64,000 nt of DNA from Poseidonia sp. (GTDB lineage: Archaea; Thermoplasmatota; Poseidoniia; Poseidoniales; Poseidoniaceae), in NCBI GenBank assembly GCA_049617635.1, contig JBMZJQ010000002.1, positions 8,558 through 72,557 of the forward strand, written 5' to 3'. Below are positions 19,033 to 29,566 of the stretch, in pieces. Both the position numbers and the translations under genes were made by a program. How positions within the stretch are numbered: the first letter of the stretch is position 1; each line of letters opens with the position of its first letter. The notes under the pieces were generated by a model. The model ran no database searches, was not told the DNA's origin, and was given only the letters and a program-made list of their open reading frames with translations.

Positions 19033-20202
19033 ATGAAAATTGGCGTACCAAAAGAACCTGAAGGCGAAACCCGCGTGGGCATCGTTCCCTCAAGCATGAA
19101 GAAACTCACTCGGGCTGGATTCGAAGTGATCATCGAAGCCGGTGCGGGTGTGCAAGCCAATTATGCCGACCAAGACTACGTTGATGCAGGAGCCACCATC
19201 GGTAGCCGCAACGAAGCGTTGGGTTGTGAAAACATCGTCTGTATTCGTTTCCCGGGCACAGACGGTATCGCTGCCGGCACCAACCTCGCTTGCGTTTCCG
19301 ATCCTTTTCGACATCCCGAATACGTCAAAGCCTGCGTTGATGCCAACATCACCCTCCTCTCGATGGATATGATTCCGCGCCGACTCTCGCGGGCGCAATC
19401 CATGGATGTGAACTCCAGCCAAGACAACCTTGCGGGCTACAAAGCAGTACTCCTCGGTGCTGCACAAGTACCCAAGGGCATCCCGATGATGACCACGTCT
19501 GCCGGAACCATTCGCCCAGCGAAAGTGGTGATCATGGGCAGCGGCGTTGCAGGTTTGCAAGCCATTGCAACGGCGAAGCGACTCGGTGCAGTCGTGTACG
19601 CTTCAGATGTACGCAAATCTGCTGCCGAACAAATTGAATCGGTTGGTGGTCGATTCATTGAGGTGGACGGCATGGATGATTTTGAAGATGAATCCGGGTA
19701 TGCGAAGCCACTCACGCCAGAGTTTATCCAAAAGGTGAACGACACGGTTTGTGGCGTTGCAAGTGATGCTGATATCATCGTCACCACGGCCCGTATTTTT
19801 GGCCGTCCTGCACCCATTACGGTTCCATCATCGGCCGTTGCTAATTTCAAATCAGGTGCCGTGGTTGTTGACATGAACGCTGATGTTGGAGGAAATTGCG
19901 AAGCGACCGTCCCCGGAGAGATCATCACCACTGAAAACGGTGTTATCGTTGTTGGAACCTCCAACCTTCCCGGCACCTTGGCCAACACTGCATCCATGTT
20001 GTACTCCAACAACTTGACCACCTTCTTCACTTCACTCGTCGACAAAGAATCTGGCGCCGTGGTGATTTCCGATGATGACGACATCCTTGTGGGTGCGCCT
20101 GAAGGTTCGGACTTCTATGTCAACGGTATGGGCGGTGTTCTGATTTGCAAGGACGGTGCCATCCATCCGAAACAAACGCGCCTTGCGGGGGTGGTTGAAT
20201 GA
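19033..20202 (+). CDS. pntAA: NAD(P) transhydrogenase subunit alpha part 1 (dI domain)
   Basis: AlaDH/PNT N- and C-domains: MKIGVPKEPEGETRV... and VIMGSGVAGLQA. Confidence 0.9.
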   Translation: MKIGVPKEPEGETRVGIVPSSMKKLTRAGFEVIIEAGAGVQANYADQDYVDAGATIGSRNEALGCENIVCIRFPGTDGIAAGTNLACVSDPFRHPEYVKACVDANITLLSMDMIPRRLSRAQSMDVNSSQDNLAGYKAVLLGAAQVPKGIPMMTTSAGTIRPAKVVIMGSGVAGLQAIATAKRLGAVVYASDVRKSAAEQIESVGGRFIEVDGMDDFEDESGYAKPLTPEFIQKVNDTVCGVASDADIIVTTARIFGRPAPITVPSSAVANFKSGAVVVDMNADVGGNCEATVPGEIITTENGVIVVGTSNLPGTLANTASMLYSNNLTTFFTSLVDKESGAVVISDDDDILVGAPEGSDFYVNGMGGVLICKDGAIHPKQTRLAGVVE

Positions 20203-20510
20203 TAACGGAAGCCTCGTTGATTGCAAACCTCACACTGTTTATGCTGGCCATTTTCCTTGGCTTCGAACTTATCACCAAGGTCCCTGCAACGCTGCACACT
20301 CCGTTGATGAGTGGTGCGAATGCTATTTCGGGAATCAGTGTTGTCGGTGCGCTCCTGGGTGCCAATGTGGCTTACCAGGGCGGAGACACACTTGTCTCAG
20401 GATTGTTGGCATTTGTTGCACTGGTGTTGGCGATGATCAACGTCGTTGGCGGATTTGCTGTGACCAACCGGATGCTCAACATGATCGCCGGCAAGAACAG
20501 GAGGGCTTGA
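20199..20510 (+). CDS. pntAB: NAD(P) transhydrogenase subunit alpha part 2 (membrane)
   Basis: Small 3-TM protein; 4-nt overlap with pntAA. Confidence 0.85.
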   Translation: MITEASLIANLTLFMLAIFLGFELITKVPATLHTPLMSGANAISGISVVGALLGANVAYQGGDTLVSGLLAFVALVLAMINVVGGFAVTNRMLNMIAGKNRRA

Positions 20511-20511
20511 C

Positions 20512-21930
20512 ATGGAAGCTTGGATCCCCCTCGGCTATTTGCTCTCAGCTGCATTGTTCATCTTCGGCTTGAAGAAATTGGGTCATCCTCGAACGGCTCC
20601 CCGCGGGAACCAATACGGCGCCATGGGTATGCTGGTGGCCGTTTTGACGACGATCGTTGACATGCAACTCGCATCGGGTGGCATGAACTGGGAACTCATC
20701 ATCGCCGGGCTTGTGGTTGGCTCTGTCATCGGTATCATCATGGCCATCAAGGTCGAAATGACCGGCATGCCTGAACTCGTTGCCTTGTTCAACGGATTTG
20801 GCGGTGCTGCCTCTGCTCTTGTGGCCCTTTCCGAGACATGGAAGTACATCGAGGGCTCGGCCATGGTGCCCGAGGGTTTGACACTCCAAGTCATCATGCT
20901 CGCAGCAGGCCTCTCCGCACTCGTCGGATGGATGACGCTCACCGGCTCCATTCTGGCCATGTTCAAACTCAAGGGAGGCATCGAGGTCTTCGGTAAGTGG
21001 TTCAGTACGCCAACATGGGGGCCATCTTGGCTGAACCCCGTCAAGGTCCTTCTTACGCTCAGCGTCCTCGCCCTCATTGTGGTGGCCATCGGTGACCCAA
21101 CCAACACGGATTACCTCTGGGCCATCATCGGGATTTCGTGCCTGCTCGGAATTGTCCTCGTACTGCCTATTGGCGGGGCCGATATGCCGGTTGTTGTCTC
21201 GTTGCTCAACTCGTTGTCGGGTATTGCTGCGGCATTTACTGGATTTATCATCAGCAACCCAGTTCTCATCGTGGCTGGTTCGCTCGTGGGTGCATCAGGA
21301 CTGATCCTCACCTTCATCATGTGCAAAGCCATGAATCGAACGCTACCAGATGTGTTGTTCAAATCCTTCGGCGGCACCACCAAGGAAAAGGTGACCCGCA
21401 CGAAGGTTGGTTCCGACCCTGACGAAGTCGCCATGATGGTTGATGGAGCACAAAAAGTCATCATCGTACCCGGCTACGGAATGGCTGTTTCACAGTGTCA
21501 ACACCAGGTGAAGGAGTTCGGAGATTTGCTTGCCGAGAAGTTTGACACCGAAGTCAAGTACGCCATTCACCCCGTTGCAGGACGTATGCCAGGTCACATG
21601 AACGTCTTGCTTGCTGAGGCCAACGTCCCATACGAACAACTCATTGAAATGGATGAGATCAACCCTGAATTCCCAGAATGCGATGTTGCTGTCATCATCG
21701 GTGCAAACGACACGTGCAACCCCGCAGCACGGACCGGTGAAGGCCCACTGGCTGGGATGCCCATCATCGACGCCGACCAAGCTCGCACGGTTGTGATCGT
21801 CAAGCGGTCTCTTTCAGTTGGCTATGCTGGCGTTGACAACGACCTCTTCTACATGGACAAAACCATGATGCTCTTTGGAGACGGTAAAGCCATGATGACG
21901 GGCCTGAACAACGCCATTAAGGAACTCTGA
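20512..21930 (+). CDS. pntB: NAD(P) transhydrogenase subunit beta
   Basis: Polytopic N-terminal domain plus a C-terminal NADP(H)-binding dIII domain (GYGMAVSQCQH...). Confidence 0.9.
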   Translation: MEAWIPLGYLLSAALFIFGLKKLGHPRTAPRGNQYGAMGMLVAVLTTIVDMQLASGGMNWELIIAGLVVGSVIGIIMAIKVEMTGMPELVALFNGFGGAASALVALSETWKYIEGSAMVPEGLTLQVIMLAAGLSALVGWMTLTGSILAMFKLKGGIEVFGKWFSTPTWGPSWLNPVKVLLTLSVLALIVVAIGDPTNTDYLWAIIGISCLLGIVLVLPIGGADMPVVVSLLNSLSGIAAAFTGFIISNPVLIVAGSLVGASGLILTFIMCKAMNRTLPDVLFKSFGGTTKEKVTRTKVGSDPDEVAMMVDGAQKVIIVPGYGMAVSQCQHQVKEFGDLLAEKFDTEVKYAIHPVAGRMPGHMNVLLAEANVPYEQLIEMDEINPEFPECDVAVIIGANDTCNPAARTGEGPLAGMPIIDADQARTVVIVKRSLSVGYAGVDNDLFYMDKTMMLFGDGKAMMTGLNNAIKEL

Positions 21931-22002
21931 TTGGAACAGAAACACACGGTCTTGAAGCAACATTCAAAGAGCGAGGGCAAGTGGAAAAGGCAAGGTGAGT
22001 TC

Positions 22003-22959
22003 ATGGAACGCAATTCACGCACCATTTCGTTGATGCTCATCCTCTCTGTGCTGCTCGTGGCACCGGTTTTGGGCAATCCGAACGGCCCACCTTGGGACAA
22101 CGGAGGGAACCTGGTCATAGACACCGGGTGCACATGCCACGGTGGTGGCGCTCCATCGACCGAAGTCGTGGTCTCCATTTCCGGCGTACCACGAGCCTAC
22201 AACGTGAGTGAATCCTACACCTTCACCATCAGCCTTCAACACGCCTCGTACGAAACCGGTGGGTTCCTCTTTTGGGACAACGGCATTGGAACGTTGACGC
22301 CAGGTGAAGGAAGTCAAAGCGTGGCCGATGAGCCAGGAGCACTCTCGCAATCCGAGCCCGGCAACAACTGGGTTGTAACGTGGACGGCCCCAGCCGAGGA
22401 CGTTGGACCGGCCAACTTCAAGTTGGTTGGCAACGCTGTCAACGGCAACGGTGCATTCGACGAAGGCGATATGTGGAACATCTTGACCTTCACCGTGAGC
22501 GAACCGGGTTCAACCGTTATCGCCACCACGGAGGACGTTGCCCTTCGCACCATCAGCGTGGGTGACTACGACGCGCTCTTTGTTGCAGAAGAAGACCCAG
22601 AAGCGGTTGAAGCAGAACGTCAAGAGGGCATCGCTCATGACTTCTTCGCCAATGGCAACCTCTACTATTGGACCACTCTCTCACTCATCATCGTCGCTGC
22701 TGTGATTCAAGGTGAATTCTACGAACGACGATTTGGTGGCGGCCCTACGCACCTTGACAAGAGTCTCGCTGTCCCGCAAGGCCTCCGCCGTGGCTTCCTC
22801 GCTGCTGTACTCGGACTCTTGTTGGCTTACCTCGTGGATGACGGCCAACCGTGGGGATATATCCTGGTGGTCGGCATGTTGACGCTGTGGTCTGCCTACG
22901 GTGTCTACCGAACCGTGGTTCAAGCCCGTGCCCCGAAGACCTACATCGATCTGGTATGA
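22003..22959 (+). CDS. Hypothetical secreted protein with C-terminal double-TM anchor
   Basis: Signal peptide ISLMLILSVLLVAPVLG, a beta-rich extracellular domain containing a CTCHGGG site, and two C-terminal TM helices. Confidence 0.5.
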   Translation: MERNSRTISLMLILSVLLVAPVLGNPNGPPWDNGGNLVIDTGCTCHGGGAPSTEVVVSISGVPRAYNVSESYTFTISLQHASYETGGFLFWDNGIGTLTPGEGSQSVADEPGALSQSEPGNNWVVTWTAPAEDVGPANFKLVGNAVNGNGAFDEGDMWNILTFTVSEPGSTVIATTEDVALRTISVGDYDALFVAEEDPEAVEAERQEGIAHDFFANGNLYYWTTLSLIIVAAVIQGEFYERRFGGGPTHLDKSLAVPQGLRRGFLAAVLGLLLAYLVDDGQPWGYILVVGMLTLWSAYGVYRTVVQARAPKTYIDLV

Positions 22960-22968
22960 GTTGGCAAC

Positions 22969-24237
22969 ATGGCAATTCTTCTCGAAGGAGATGAATACAC
23001 CAATCCTCAATCCCATTTGGATGAACTCACTGCACGAGTGACCGTCTTGTTTGTCAGTGTCCTCATGTTGACCGTGGTTTGGTCGTTTTTCGTGGACGAT
23101 GTCTTGGGAACCTTGTTGTCGACGCTGGACCCGTGTCGTACCGATTGTATGAACGTCTATGACCCCGCTCAATGGAGCGCTGTACGCTGGTCCGCATCGC
23201 TTCTCCTTTCGCTGTTTTCGGTTCTACCATTGATGCTCCATCACGTGCACCAGTTCGCTCGACCTGGCCTGCTCAAAGCGGAATTTACAGCCCTGCGCCG
23301 TTGGACCGTTTCGTCAGCCTGCCTTCTGGTCACTGCAGCCTACCTCTTGGTGGTCAAGTTCTTGCCTGAACTCTACATGGTCGGCTACGAGCAACATCTT
23401 GGTGCGGGTCTTCAGGGCCAATACAACGCAGTTCATTTGTTGATGTTTGCTCTTTACCTTGTTTGGGTGATTTGGCTTTTCTCGGGCACATGGTTGATGG
23501 TGCGTCTGATGGGGGCGGCTGGTTTGTTGACAAAGATGACAGCAGATTGGTGGCGTTGGCGTATCTATGGTCTTGGAGCTTTGCTGCTGATCGTTACCGT
23601 CCCATCTCATGCACATTCCATCGCGATGCCCTTGGTTCTGGCGTATGCCATGACCACGGAACTTGTTGGCCGCACGTGGTTCGAACATCAACCAACATCA
23701 AGAGGCCACATCGCTACACGTTTTGACGCAGAAGGCCGGCGACGAAGGTATGCGCTGGTGGATTGTTCTTGTGAGGGTGCAAACCAGCACCATGGATTCG
23801 CTGACGTTTCAGGATGTTCAACCGTTGATGCCACCAGTGTCTGCCGGTTCGGAGCCGACCGAGAGGCCATCATTGAGCACGCCATGCGTGCGGGAATCAC
23901 TGACGTGGTCATCACGGGGTGCGATACACTGGCATGTCCGAAAGAATTTGTCAACAACATCGCCGGACTTGGAGCACGACTTCACGGTTTGAATTTGATG
24001 CACCTGCAAAATCATCTTGTTGAACTTCCACAGCGTGCCCTGGATGTTGAACTCTCGATGGGCGCGCTCATCAACCAAAACACACCGAACAACGAACTCG
24101 TTCTTTCACGAATACTCGAAACACACGGGTATGTTCCAACGAGTATGAACGTCTTGCCACACCCCGACGAAGGTTGGGGGTCTTTTTCCTCAACCCGCGA
24201 ACAACACCTTCTCCCACCGCATCATTCCAGGGCCTAA
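22969..24237 (+). CDS. tatC: TatC-like Sec-independent translocase subunit with approximately 150-aa Cys-rich C-terminal extension
   Basis: N-terminal HLDELTARV resembles the TatC HLxELRxRL start, and there are 6 predicted TM helices. The cytoplasmic C-terminal domain carries 7 Cys. Confidence 0.55.
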   Translation: MAILLEGDEYTNPQSHLDELTARVTVLFVSVLMLTVVWSFFVDDVLGTLLSTLDPCRTDCMNVYDPAQWSAVRWSASLLLSLFSVLPLMLHHVHQFARPGLLKAEFTALRRWTVSSACLLVTAAYLLVVKFLPELYMVGYEQHLGAGLQGQYNAVHLLMFALYLVWVIWLFSGTWLMVRLMGAAGLLTKMTADWWRWRIYGLGALLLIVTVPSHAHSIAMPLVLAYAMTTELVGRTWFEHQPTSRGHIATRFDAEGRRRRYALVDCSCEGANQHHGFADVSGCSTVDATSVCRFGADREAIIEHAMRAGITDVVITGCDTLACPKEFVNNIAGLGARLHGLNLMHLQNHLVELPQRALDVELSMGALINQNTPNNELVLSRILETHGYVPTSMNVLPHPDEGWGSFSSTREQHLLPPHHSRA

Positions 24238-24299
24238 ACACAGCCAGTGCAAGCACATACCCGACGAAGTTTCAAACAGAAGTGGGGCGACCTCCCCCC

Positions 24300-26387
24300 A
24301 TGAAGCGGATGTTGGCTCTGGTACAGGCCTTCGTTTTCTTCAGTGCTGCCGCGTGGTTTTGGGTCAACGATGACACGGTTGAAGCATGGCTGGAGCAACA
24401 ACTCATCATCGAGGAAGACAGTGACATTCCGCTCGTAGGATTGCAACCTGCTGAACATTGGCTGGTGGTCGTGGTGGATTTCCCCGGCCATCCGGCTGGT
24501 GAAGCATGGGGAACCGATGAGGCAGAAAACCTCCTCCTACAAGCAGCCCAACCCTACATTGAGCAAGTCTCGGGTGGAGCATCGACGTTGTCGATTCATG
24601 TGCATCCGACGGTGGTCAGAGCCGGCAACGATCTCGCCGCCTACGGAGCAGACGATGCATCCAAGGACACCGATGCATCCGGTAATTTTCTTCCAGCAGC
24701 CCTGGCAGAAGAGGTCGTCTTGGCCATCAAAGACGAGGTGATTTGGGACGATTTTGACCTGAACGCAGATGGATTCGTCGACCGCTTGTTGATTCTTCAC
24801 AGCACCAAGGGACAGGAAGAATCGCCTGGAACAACCAACCGAATATGGAGTCATTTTACCGAGTTCGAAAGTGTCTTGGACTTGCCCAACGACAAAAAAG
24901 CAGGACACTACACCATGGCGAGTTTACAAACAGGTTCGAGTGGTGTTGGAACCATGTTGCACGAAATGCTCCATCAAATGGGTGCAGTGGACCTCTATCC
25001 CGTCCACGATGAAGGGGCCTATCAATCCTGGAAAGGGCCCGGAGATTGGGACATCATGGCCAGCGGGAATTGGAACGGCGGTGGACGCTGGCCTGCTTTA
25101 CCAACGGCGGCGTCACTCGAACTCATCAATGCACCCCGAATTGATGCGCTTGTGCTCGAATGGCCCGAACAGGCGAGCAAGCCGTGTATTGGACCGACCG
25201 TTGAATTCGAGGGCATGTCGGAAGGTGGGAGAGCCGTCAAAATTCAAATCGCACCGCGTGAGTTTGTCTTCATTGAGTACCGTTCAGATTCCGGATACGA
25301 CCAGCGATTACCGGGCCACGGTATTTTGGTCACCTACCAAGACCTGAGCGTTGGAAATTTCGAGCAGAATGAATTGAACACCAACCCGGAGTTGCCATGG
25401 TTGAAAGTAATCGAAGCAGACGGCACGAACGACCTGATCAACGGGGCCAATCAAGGCGAACAAAGCGATGTCTTTGGACACAACATGAGTTTTGGAGCAG
25501 ATGGCATTCATATTAGAACACACGATGGTTTACTGGTCCATTGGACCGCTACGGTCAAGGTCGCCAACGAGAGTGCAAGCGTCGTGTTTCACGCAGACGA
25601 CTGTTCACCCACCTTCACGGTCGATTTACCCGACCACGGAGCAACGCTGTTGGCCAACGATGACTTGACGGTGGAGATTGATGGTGCTGGAGATTGCACC
25701 GCTCAACTTGTGGCGACCGACGGTCGTCAAGTTGCGCTCGTTATGGAGAACGGGGAGGAGCGATTGCGTTTTGGTACCCCCGGCATGGCGAATACCCTTT
25801 CGAACATACAAGGTTCCATTACATGTGGAAATCGGACAGTTGACGTTGATTACACCGTTCACGTGATGAATCGGATACCAACACTTCAACCGTTTGAAGG
25901 GATAATTGAACCCTACGAAACGACCATGCTCACCGTGCCATTGGAATCCATGGGCGAGGGGGACCAGTCGCTCACCGTCATCATCGATGGACCGCTTGGC
26001 CGAGTGGCAGAGGCACCCAATGCCGTGAATTTGAACGATGAATTCATTGTCATCAACATCGTACCAAACGGATTGTTAACGGATAACATGCTGGTTCACG
26101 GCACCGTGACGTTGATGACCGAACAAGGAAACTCATGGTCGTTGGACGTCGAGTTGCAGGCCGTGGATTCAGAGGATGAGTGGAATCTTCTCTGGCTTCA
26201 ACCCAACATCGTCTTGGCTCTGCTCGCTTCCTTGATGGGTCTGTTTGCTCTCCTTGCCACCAGAACAAAAACGCCTCCAACACCATCAGAAGGCTCCGTT
26301 GCTACAGCACCACAGCACGTCGTAGATGCATGGGGGAGAGAACTCGATATCGAAGATTCAGGCGTTCCGTTTGATGTTCAAGAATGA
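24300..26387 (+). CDS. M6-family (immune-inhibitor-A-like) zinc metalloprotease, membrane anchored
   Basis: HEMLHQMG (HExxH) motif with a downstream DLYP. N-terminal signal, C-terminal TM (ALLASLMGLFALLA). Confidence 0.7.
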   Translation: MKRMLALVQAFVFFSAAAWFWVNDDTVEAWLEQQLIIEEDSDIPLVGLQPAEHWLVVVVDFPGHPAGEAWGTDEAENLLLQAAQPYIEQVSGGASTLSIHVHPTVVRAGNDLAAYGADDASKDTDASGNFLPAALAEEVVLAIKDEVIWDDFDLNADGFVDRLLILHSTKGQEESPGTTNRIWSHFTEFESVLDLPNDKKAGHYTMASLQTGSSGVGTMLHEMLHQMGAVDLYPVHDEGAYQSWKGPGDWDIMASGNWNGGGRWPALPTAASLELINAPRIDALVLEWPEQASKPCIGPTVEFEGMSEGGRAVKIQIAPREFVFIEYRSDSGYDQRLPGHGILVTYQDLSVGNFEQNELNTNPELPWLKVIEADGTNDLINGANQGEQSDVFGHNMSFGADGIHIRTHDGLLVHWTATVKVANESASVVFHADDCSPTFTVDLPDHGATLLANDDLTVEIDGAGDCTAQLVATDGRQVALVMENGEERLRFGTPGMANTLSNIQGSITCGNRTVDVDYTVHVMNRIPTLQPFEGIIEPYETTMLTVPLESMGEGDQSLTVIIDGPLGRVAEAPNAVNLNDEFIVINIVPNGLLTDNMLVHGTVTLMTEQGNSWSLDVELQAVDSEDEWNLLWLQPNIVLALLASLMGLFALLATRTKTPPTPSEGSVATAPQHVVDAWGRELDIEDSGVPFDVQE

Positions 26388-27443
26388 AAACATTGAGTTC
26401 ATTCTCAACGCACATAACCAACGTTTGTTGACACCTTCTGCCAGCCGGACTGAAAGACAAACCTCTTCCCAGGTTTCTGGTGCTTCAGACGCTGGTTGCA
26501 CGAGCCATGGTGCATGCTCGGCTTCAATCGAGGTTTCGTAAGCACGCCATCGACAGCCGTATTTGAATCCGGGTCGAAGAATGAGGCCACGATTCGCAAG
26601 GTCGCCGTAAAGTTCACTTTGAACGTTCAAGCCTTGGTTCAAGATGTAGTCTCGTTCCTCATCGCGCAAGTAACGACCTGAGAAGTGCTGAACGCCGAGC
26701 GCAGGAAGCGGCCATGTGCCTTCGTTTGCCACAAAGAAGCCAGTCTCCATGGGTGAGGCGTTTGTGGTGATCTTCTGCAGTGTTTCCATCTCTTGGTGAG
26801 ACAAGTTGGACAACACTCGCTGGTCGCCGGTTGGCTCTGCCAACGAGAGATGGTAGACCGTTGTGTCAAACTCGTCGTCGATGACACACAGTTCTGCGGT
26901 GTGGTTCGATGCTTCCACATCGCTCACCCAAGCCAACAATTCTTGCCAGTCCAACCCGTCGCTGGTGTGGTGCAACCGAATTTGACTGAAACCACCGTGC
27001 CTGGTCCATGTTTCGTGGCGCTCCCAACGAACGGCCCATGTTGCATCGTTGAGATGTGGGAACCGGTGCTGGAGGTGGACAGCGGGGACAACCAGTTCGC
27101 CACCGTTGCGCAAAACATCGAGGGCAATGGTTGCGAGTGCAAGTCGCGGGGTGGCCTTGACTTGTTCGTCAAACCATCCCGTTCCACCGGGGAGAGGTAC
27201 ATGGCGATACCAATGACAAAACATGACTTCTTCGGGTGTGAGGAGAATACCATCATCCACCCTATGTCCAAGAGCACTTTTTTGATGCAACCGCTGTGCT
27301 TGTGGATCGGGAAGAAACCAACCACCCTCCCGTGATTCAGGTGCAGGTATGGGCGTTGCTGGCGATTTGTTGGTTGAACGCGATTCACCGATTGGTCGGC
27401 TTGACCGAACGCGTGGCGTGTATTTGCGCTCACGTCCTGCCAT
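26358..27443 (-). CDS. endA: tRNA-splicing endonuclease, two-domain (alpha2-type) form
   Basis: C-terminal catalytic unit LRPGFKYGCRWRAYE (G-x-K-[FY]-G-x-[DR] motif). The N-terminal half is a degenerate repeat of the fold. Start uncertain. Confidence 0.75.
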   Translation of the reverse strand: MAGRERKYTPRVRSSRPIGESRSTNKSPATPIPAPESREGGWFLPDPQAQRLHQKSALGHRVDDGILLTPEEVMFCHWYRHVPLPGGTGWFDEQVKATPRLALATIALDVLRNGGELVVPAVHLQHRFPHLNDATWAVRWERHETWTRHGGFSQIRLHHTSDGLDWQELLAWVSDVEASNHTAELCVIDDEFDTTVYHLSLAEPTGDQRVLSNLSHQEMETLQKITTNASPMETGFFVANEGTWPLPALGVQHFSGRYLRDEERDYILNQGLNVQSELYGDLANRGLILRPGFKYGCRWRAYETSIEAEHAPWLVQPASEAPETWEEVCLSVRLAEGVNKRWLCALRMNSMFSFLNIKRNA

Positions 27444-27534
27444 GCTTTTCCGAAAGACGAGTCACATTTGAGTTCGTCGCTGAACCGATTGTCCTATGTG
27501 CTACCTTGCCTCCCGAAGAGATGGGGATGCGTCC

Positions 27535-28491
27535 ATGGTAGAGGGTTATCTTGGGACACTCACCACCGAGGAGAGGACGATGCTCCATTTGCTCAACCAA
27601 CAATTACCCAGTGGTGGTTGGGAAGCTCCGGCAACATTGACCCAAGCAGGAATTTCCGCCGCCGTTCACGTTCAACGAAAACACATCCCCCGCACCCTCA
27701 AACGAATGGAGTCCAACGGCGTCCTCAATGTCGCTCAACGTCACATCCCCGGTGGGAAGCAACGCAAACGAGTCTACACCCTCAGCGAATTGGGTAACGA
27801 ACAAGCAGCGGCACTGCGTGACCGTCTTTTCAACGAAACCGTCACCGCCGACGGAAACGAGGTGAAATTGGGTTCATTGTGGATTTCCCCCCAGCCAGTT
27901 CTCGAGTTGCTCTCCCATGTTGATGAGGGCATGGTCTACCATTCATCTGCCTTGATATCGCCGGTATCAAATCCGGAGGGCATGGTGTCCATCGACGGAC
28001 AATACGGCGAAGAATTGGTTCGCCGCATGTTTGCACGAGCATGGGAAGATGGAAAAATCACGAAGGATGAACAATCCCTGCTCAACGAAGTTGTCGAGTT
28101 TCTTGGCATGCACCCCGAACGTGCTCGGCGCCTCTCCAACGAAGCGAGAAAATCGCTAAAAATTCCACCACCGGAAGAGGTCTACTACGACATGATTTTG
28201 CAGGCTCTCGACGACGGAGAGATCATGCAAGAAGAAATTGATTTGTTAAACACGTTTCGCGTGGCGTTCGGTATCGACCAGGTGACCCACAATGCCCTGC
28301 TCGACAAAGCCCGTGCTGTTCCGGTCACTTCTGAGCACTACGACACATACGCCGCCATGGTGAAAACGGCTATGCAGGACAGTGTGATCACCGCAGACGA
28401 ACACGCCTTGCTTCGAACGCTGCGGGTCCAACTTGACATTTCTGAGGAAGAACACGAACGTATCCTCGCTGAATACACCAACGGGAGGTAA
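27535..28491 (+). CDS. Winged-helix transcriptional regulator with three TerB-like repeats
   Basis: N-terminal wHTH (LTQAGISAAVHVQRKHIPRTLKRMESNGVL). The C-terminus has three approximately 45-aa repeats of I[TM]xDE[QH]xLLxxxxxxxLGI... Confidence 0.5.
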   Translation: MVEGYLGTLTTEERTMLHLLNQQLPSGGWEAPATLTQAGISAAVHVQRKHIPRTLKRMESNGVLNVAQRHIPGGKQRKRVYTLSELGNEQAAALRDRLFNETVTADGNEVKLGSLWISPQPVLELLSHVDEGMVYHSSALISPVSNPEGMVSIDGQYGEELVRRMFARAWEDGKITKDEQSLLNEVVEFLGMHPERARRLSNEARKSLKIPPPEEVYYDMILQALDDGEIMQEEIDLLNTFRVAFGIDQVTHNALLDKARAVPVTSEHYDTYAAMVKTAMQDSVITADEHALLRTLRVQLDISEEEHERILAEYTNGR

Positions 28492-28495
28492 CACC

Positions 28496-29557
28496 ATGGG
28501 AATGACCGATGAAGAAGCGCAACTGCACGACACGCTGTCCGAACTCAAAACGCACCTGCGGTCAAACGATTCCTCCAAAATCATCCTCATTGGGGACGTG
28601 ATGATGGATTGTTACATCCACGGCTATGCGAACAACCTCAATTCCCGTGCACCTGTTCCTGTGTTGCGAGAAACATCTCGAGAGGAAGATGTCGGTGCAG
28701 CAGCTCACGTTGCGCGTGGCCTGCGCGCCATGGGAATGGAGAGTCACTTGTTCGGTGTCGTGGGGGACGACGCTGCTGGATTGAGCATCATCGAGTCGCT
28801 TGAGTCGGAGGGCGTAACAACCCACGGCATCGCTATCATCGAAGACAGAACGACCACGGTGAAAACACGGATGTTGGCCTCTCGTGAAAGCCTCATTCGA
28901 GAAGAGCAGTTGTTGCTTCGATGGGACATTGAAGACGATACGCCTGTTCCAGATGAAGCCTCAGAGGGGCTTTATGAGCAGGCCATCGCTGATTTGAGCG
29001 GTGCTTCTGCATTGATTGCATCGGACTATGGACAGGGTGTCATCACCGATCAAGGTGCAGAACGCTTGTTTGATGCTGCGAGAGCAGAAGGAATCCCCAT
29101 CATCGCTGACCCAAAGTTGACCGGTCTTCATCGTACCGAAGGTGTTGATTGGATTCTGTTCCAATCCCAAGGATTGGAATTAATGCGCCGAAGATTGGCA
29201 GCCACGACCGGTGCGGAAGCAGCCGAAAAATTGCTTCAACAGTACAACTGGAAACACCTGGTGGTGTTGTCGGGTGAAGCAGGTGTGACCATCTATTCCG
29301 CCGAACAAGAGACTGTCCATGCGCCATGCGGATTGGTCGACCTTCGCCAGATGATCGGACTCATCGATGCAGCCGCTGTCGCCATTGCGTTTTCGCTCTC
29401 ACGTGACCTCGATGTCCGTTCGACTGCACTGTTAGCCAACGCAGCCTGTGAATGCATCCTGGCGGCTCAACAGACGGATTCCTTCGTGCTGAACCGTGAT
29501 GACATCATTCATCGCGTTGGAGAGCATGTTTGGAACCTCCAAGTATCGAAACGGTGA
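28496..29557 (+). CDS. PfkB-family carbohydrate kinase (HldE/RfaE domain-I-like)
   Basis: ILIGDVMMDCYIHG...APVPV and a C-terminal anion-hole region VVLSGEAGV fit the ribokinase superfamily. Confidence 0.7.
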   Translation: MGMTDEEAQLHDTLSELKTHLRSNDSSKIILIGDVMMDCYIHGYANNLNSRAPVPVLRETSREEDVGAAAHVARGLRAMGMESHLFGVVGDDAAGLSIIESLESEGVTTHGIAIIEDRTTTVKTRMLASRESLIREEQLLLRWDIEDDTPVPDEASEGLYEQAIADLSGASALIASDYGQGVITDQGAERLFDAARAEGIPIIADPKLTGLHRTEGVDWILFQSQGLELMRRRLAATTGAEAAEKLLQQYNWKHLVVLSGEAGVTIYSAEQETVHAPCGLVDLRQMIGLIDAAAVAIAFSLSRDLDVRSTALLANAACECILAAQQTDSFVLNRDDIIHRVGEHVWNLQVSKR

Positions 29558-29566
29558 GGCATCTCC

